From an uncultured Prevotellaceae bacterium (lineage in GTDB: Bacteria > Bacteroidota > Bacteroidia > Bacteroidales > Bacteroidaceae), in the NCBI GenBank assembly GCA_902779665.1, contig CACZCN010000014.1:1403-65402 (forward strand): a stretch of 64,000 bases of DNA, given 5' to 3'. Shown here in pieces: positions 60,066-64,000 of this stretch (the stretch's first letter is position 1; each line of letters starts with the position of its first letter). The notes under the pieces are model-generated. The model had not been told where the DNA came from, ran no database searches, and worked only from the letters and a program-made list of their open reading frames with translations. The translations under genes and the position numbers were made by a program.

Positions 60066-61709
60066 CTACTTCTTCAGCTTAAACCTCTGAATCTTACCGC
60101 TTATGGTCTTAGGAAGCTCATCAACGAATTCCACGACACGAGGGTATTTATACGGAGCAGTCTCATGCTTTACGTGATTCTGCAACTCCTTTGCCAAAGC
60201 ATCGCCAGCCTTGTCCTTGTATTCATCGGCAAGAACGATGGTAGCCTTTACTATCTGACCGCGAATATCATCAGGAACAGCGGTAATAGCACATTCCACA
60301 ACAGCAGGATGAGTCATAAGTGCGGACTCTACCTCGAATGGTCCTACACGATAGCCTGATGTCTTGATAACATCGTCCGAACGAGATACAAACCAAAGAT
60401 ATCCATCCTCATCACGATATACGATATCACCTGTATAATAGAGTCCGTTCTGGATTCTCTCCTTAGTCATATCCTCATCACGATAGTAGCCCTTGAAGAG
60501 TCCGAGAGGCTTGCCCTTATCCACACGTATCACAAGTTCTCCGTGCTCCATTGGTCCTACGCTCTTCTGTTCGCCATCTACGATGTCAATATCATATTGC
60601 GGATTCCTAACGCCCATAGCTCCTGGCTTTGGCTTAACCCAAGGATAGGTACCTACAACGAGTGTCGTCTCAGTCTGACCGTATGACTCATATATCATAA
60701 TGCCTGTCTTCTGCTGCCATTCGTCGAACACACTCGGATTAAGAGCCTCACCTGCTGTGGTGCAGTATTCGAGGGATGAGAGGTCGTAAGCCGACAGATC
60801 CTCGCGAATAAGGAAACGATATATCGTAGGAGGTGCGCAGAACGAAGTGATATGGTAGTTCTGCATTATATGGAGGAGGTCAGCAGGTTTGAACTGACCT
60901 TCATAGTCATACACAAAGACTGTTGCTCCGGCTATCATCTGACCATAGAACTTACCCCATACAGCCTTGCCCCATCCTGTGTCGGCAAGTGTGAAGTGAA
61001 GTGATCCCTCATGCACGTTATGCCAGTACTTGGCTGTGAGGATATGCGCAAGCGGATAAGAGTAGTCGTGCATCACCATCTTAGGCTCGCCCGTCGTTCC
61101 ACTTGTGAAATAGAGAAGGAAGTCATCTGTCACCTTGTTTCTCTCAGGAGCCTCGAAAGGCTCTGCCTCCTGAAGTCCGCGCCAGAAGTCATACCAGCCG
61201 TTAGGAATAGTAGGACCTATTGAAATGCAATGGCGCAAGGTTGGGCAGTAGCGCTTTGCCTTCTGTACGTTACAAAGCACGTTCTGGTCTCCGCAAGCCA
61301 CGATATAGCCGATACCAGCCATGTGGCAGCGGTAGATGATATCCTTATCGGTGAGCATGTGAGTTGCAGGAATAGCAACGGCACCGAGCTTGTGAAGGGC
61401 AACCATGGTGTACCACCACTCTATCCTTCGCTTCAGTATAAGCATCACCCTGTCACCTTTCTTAACACCCATTTCCTGAAGGAATGAAGCGCATCTGTCG
61501 CTTGTGTTCTTAAAAGCGCGATAAGTGATGTGTTTCTGCTCACCTTTATCGTTTACCCAGATGATTGCCTCCTTGTCAGGCATCTGCTGGGCATACCGGT
61601 CGATTACATCATATCCGAAATTGAAATCCTCGGGTATATTGATTTTGAAATTTTGCAGGAAGTCCTCGTAAGAGGAGAACTCCGTTTTTTTCATAAATTG
61701 TTCAAGCAT
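60066..61709 (-). CDS. AMP-forming acyl-CoA synthetase (short/medium chain)
   Basis: YFTSGTTGEPK, YGQTET, YYTGD, SRSDDVIKTSGYRVGPFEVE, PKTISGK. Confidence 0.92.
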   Translation of the reverse strand: MLEQFMKKTEFSSYEDFLQNFKINIPEDFNFGYDVIDRYAQQMPDKEAIIWVNDKGEQKHITYRAFKNTSDRCASFLQEMGVKKGDRVMLILKRRIEWWYTMVALHKLGAVAIPATHMLTDKDIIYRCHMAGIGYIVACGDQNVLCNVQKAKRYCPTLRHCISIGPTIPNGWYDFWRGLQEAEPFEAPERNKVTDDFLLYFTSGTTGEPKMVMHDYSYPLAHILTAKYWHNVHEGSLHFTLADTGWGKAVWGKFYGQMIAGATVFVYDYEGQFKPADLLHIMQNYHITSFCAPPTIYRFLIREDLSAYDLSSLEYCTTAGEALNPSVFDEWQQKTGIMIYESYGQTETTLVVGTYPWVKPKPGAMGVRNPQYDIDIVDGEQKSVGPMEHGELVIRVDKGKPLGLFKGYYRDEDMTKERIQNGLYYTGDIVYRDEDGYLWFVSRSDDVIKTSGYRVGPFEVESALMTHPAVVECAITAVPDDIRGQIVKATIVLADEYKDKAGDALAKELQNHVKHETAPYKYPRVVEFVDELPKTISGKIQRFKLKK

Positions 61710-62140
61710 AACTTTTGTTTTGTTCTAGCAAATGCATGACAAAAGTACGAAAATATTTATAATAAAATAGCATTATTTTCTCTGAAATACCCATTTTTTA
61801 AAATAAATTATAGATTGCCACATACATTTTTGCGCACACCATTATTGTAATGTGCAATAGTTTTCTGTTCATTTGCGGTTTTCGGTTTTCCGTCATTTAA
61901 GTAGCAAACTGCTTTTTGCCGGAATAAAATCTTTAATGAAATGTAAGGGAAATGACTTAAAAATTTTCATTTTGTTCTATGGATGTTATTGGCGAAACCT
62001 TTCAATATCATCCCTAAAATTTACTTATAAACACAAAAAAATGCGTGTACCTATATATATCATAAAAGGAAGAAAACGCATAAAAAAACCGATAAAATCG
62101 ATAACTTTTGCGAAAAAACGCCCAAAAATCGGTTATTTTG

Positions 62141-62190
62141 CGTGACTTTCACGTGACTGAAACATATTGTCACATTATTGTCACATTATT
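62141..62190. promoter_or_regulatory. phased GTGAC/GTCAC operator-like array
   Basis: CGTGACT at 62141 and 62152; ATTGTCACATT at 62166 and 62177; -7 box TAACTTTG at 62217-62224. Confidence 0.55.
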
Positions 62191-62266
62191 TTCTTGTATG
62201 TTTATGCTTTGTATCGTAACTTTGCACTCGCAAATTCAACAAAAAGTAAAAAGTAAGACAAATACT

Positions 62267-64000
62267 ATGACAAAAAGAATTGTATTCTTGGTAATTGCGT
62301 TGGCAAGCCTCTGCTTGACATCCCACGCACAAATCACCCAGACCATTAGAGGCGTCGTAACTGATGCCGTAACACGTGAACCTCTCCCATTCGCAACCGT
62401 TCAGGTCGATAACTCCAAAGATAAGGTATGCATCACCGATAGCGTCGGAAAATTTCAGATTACAGGCATTACCGTAGGACGTCACACCGTGCGTTGTAAC
62501 TATGTAGGTTTCCAAACCGTTGACCTCAGCGATGTGCTCGTTACCTCTGCTAAGGAAACCAATATTGATATCCGACTTCAGGAAGATCAGACCACCCTTC
62601 AGGATGTTGTGGTTCGTCCTAATCTCGCAAAGGAGAACACCTTAAATAAGATGGTACTCACAGGCGGACGTATGTTCAGCATCGAGGAGGCAAGCCGATA
62701 TGCAGGCGGTTTCGATGACCCCGCACGTCTGGCAAGCTCTTTCTCTGGAGTTGCTACAAGTGGTGCTACAAACGGTATTTCTATCCACGGTAATGCCCCT
62801 CACCTACTCTCTTGGCGATTGGAGGACATCGAGATTCCTAACCCTAACCATTTCTCTGACATCTCGGTACTCGGTGGCGGTATTTTCTCCTCACTCTCAG
62901 CTATGTGTATCGGAAACTCCGACTTCCTCACCTCTGCCTTCCCTGCAGAATACGGAAATGCAGTTTCTGGTGTGTTCGATATGAAGATGCGCAATGGTAA
63001 CGACAATAAGTACGAGCATGCTTTCCAGATTGGTGTGGCAGGTATCGATGTGGCTTCTGAAGGTCCGTTGAACAGAAAGACGGGTGCTTCCTATCTCGTA
63101 AACTACAGATACTCAATGACTGGTCTTGCCAGCAGAATGAAGCTTATTGACATGCAGGGGCAGGTAATGGACTATCAGGACCTTAACTTCAAGTTCAACA
63201 TCCCAACACGAAAGGCAGGCACATTCACCGTATGGGGAACAGGATTCTTCGACCACTTCCATCGCGAGTCTTCTCCAAAGGACTGGGAATCAATGTTTGA
63301 CGAGTGCTATGCGTTCAGCGACCAATGGATGGGTGCTATGGGCGTAGGACACGTTCTGCCTATGAAGCACGGACAGTTGAAGAGCAGCATTGGTGTGACA
63401 TACAACAAGGACGAGTTCACACAGGATGTATATAAAAACCTTCCTGACGACATCTATACAAGAGACAATACCGACGGACTGGAACGTGAACCTTTCTTCG
63501 CAGAGGCAAGAAGCTTTACAAACATTACAGCCCGTACCACCTATACACACCGTCATTCCAACCGCTGGCTGGCTCAGTATGGTGCCGTAGCTACAGCTAT
63601 GCTCTTCGATATGAATATCAGGACAGCATACGTTCTCCACGATAAGCTTCATACTATATGTGATAACGACGGCAGCACAACGCTTTTCTCTGGCTTCACG
63701 GCACATTCGTTCACGCTCAACCCAAAGACTACCCTCAACGCAGGATTCAACGTACAGCACCTTCTTCTCAATGGTGCTACAACCTTCGAGCCTCGTGCGA
63801 GCATGTCACACAAGCTGAGCGATGACATAAGCCTCGCTTTAGCCTACGGACTTCACAGCCGTGCGGAGAAAACCGATATCTATTTCACACGCAATATCCC
63901 ACAGCCTGATGAGAGTAACAACTGGAACCCTACGGTTGATCCAAACAGCGATGAACTTGTAAACAAGAAGCTCGGATTCACCAAGAGCCATCACCTCATG
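62267..64000 (+). CDS. TonB-dependent outer-membrane receptor with N-terminal carboxypeptidase-regulatory-like domain (runs off window)
   Basis: My translation: MTKRIVFLVIALASLCLTSHAQITQTIRGVVTDAVTREPLPFATV...RYAGGFDDPARL...IEIPNPNHF...FPAEYGNAVSGVFD; not in the ORF track, no stop seen in window. Confidence 0.88.
   Translation, partial: MTKRIVFLVIALASLCLTSHAQITQTIRGVVTDAVTREPLPFATVQVDNSKDKVCITDSVGKFQITGITVGRHTVRCNYVGFQTVDLSDVLVTSAKETNIDIRLQEDQTTLQDVVVRPNLAKENTLNKMVLTGGRMFSIEEASRYAGGFDDPARLASSFSGVATSGATNGISIHGNAPHLLSWRLEDIEIPNPNHFSDISVLGGGIFSSLSAMCIGNSDFLTSAFPAEYGNAVSGVFDMKMRNGNDNKYEHAFQIGVAGIDVASEGPLNRKTGASYLVNYRYSMTGLASRMKLIDMQGQVMDYQDLNFKFNIPTRKAGTFTVWGTGFFDHFHRESSPKDWESMFDECYAFSDQWMGAMGVGHVLPMKHGQLKSSIGVTYNKDEFTQDVYKNLPDDIYTRDNTDGLEREPFFAEARSFTNITARTTYTHRHSNRWLAQYGAVATAMLFDMNIRTAYVLHDKLHTICDNDGSTTLFSGFTAHSFTLNPKTTLNAGFNVQHLLLNGATTFEPRASMSHKLSDDISLALAYGLHSRAEKTDIYFTRNIPQPDESNNWNPTVDPNSDELVNKKLGFTKSHHLM

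Overview
Chromosomal segment of a Bacteroidales bacterium. It looks Prevotella-like, judged from TAnnTTTG -7 promoter boxes before many operons and the rlmN-pdxA-sigma54 activator-lptE-secG and etfB-etfA-acd gene orders. Content is mostly housekeeping (aroC, pgm, rlmH, rlmN, mnmE, secG, lemA/htpX, crcB, aat), plus plant-polysaccharide enzymes (GH106, GH51, GH3, two CE1, CE4) and scattered accessory genes. I see no prophage, integrase, transposase, rRNA, tRNA or CRISPR array. The most unusual signal is non-coding. A 77-82 bp structured element occurs at three unlinked loci (26257-26335 on -, 48352-48582 as 3 tandem copies, 58462-58640 as about 2.4 copies). It always starts at the TAACTTTG promoter box, has compensatory stem changes between copies, and is bounded by a TTGC direct repeat at two loci. 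It is a candidate promoter-targeting mini mobile element or leader RNA. The window also has many phased inverted repeat arrays (7, 8, 9 and 11 bp periods, some inside CDSs) and C/G-rich REP-like elements carrying a nested 32-bp hairpin. Notable proteins are a GT2-DUF4922-SpoIID triple fusion, a PdxA lacking its metal ligands, and an LRR gene whose first 20 codons copy the start of the downstream AlaX-like gene. All family names are from motif recognition, not database searches.
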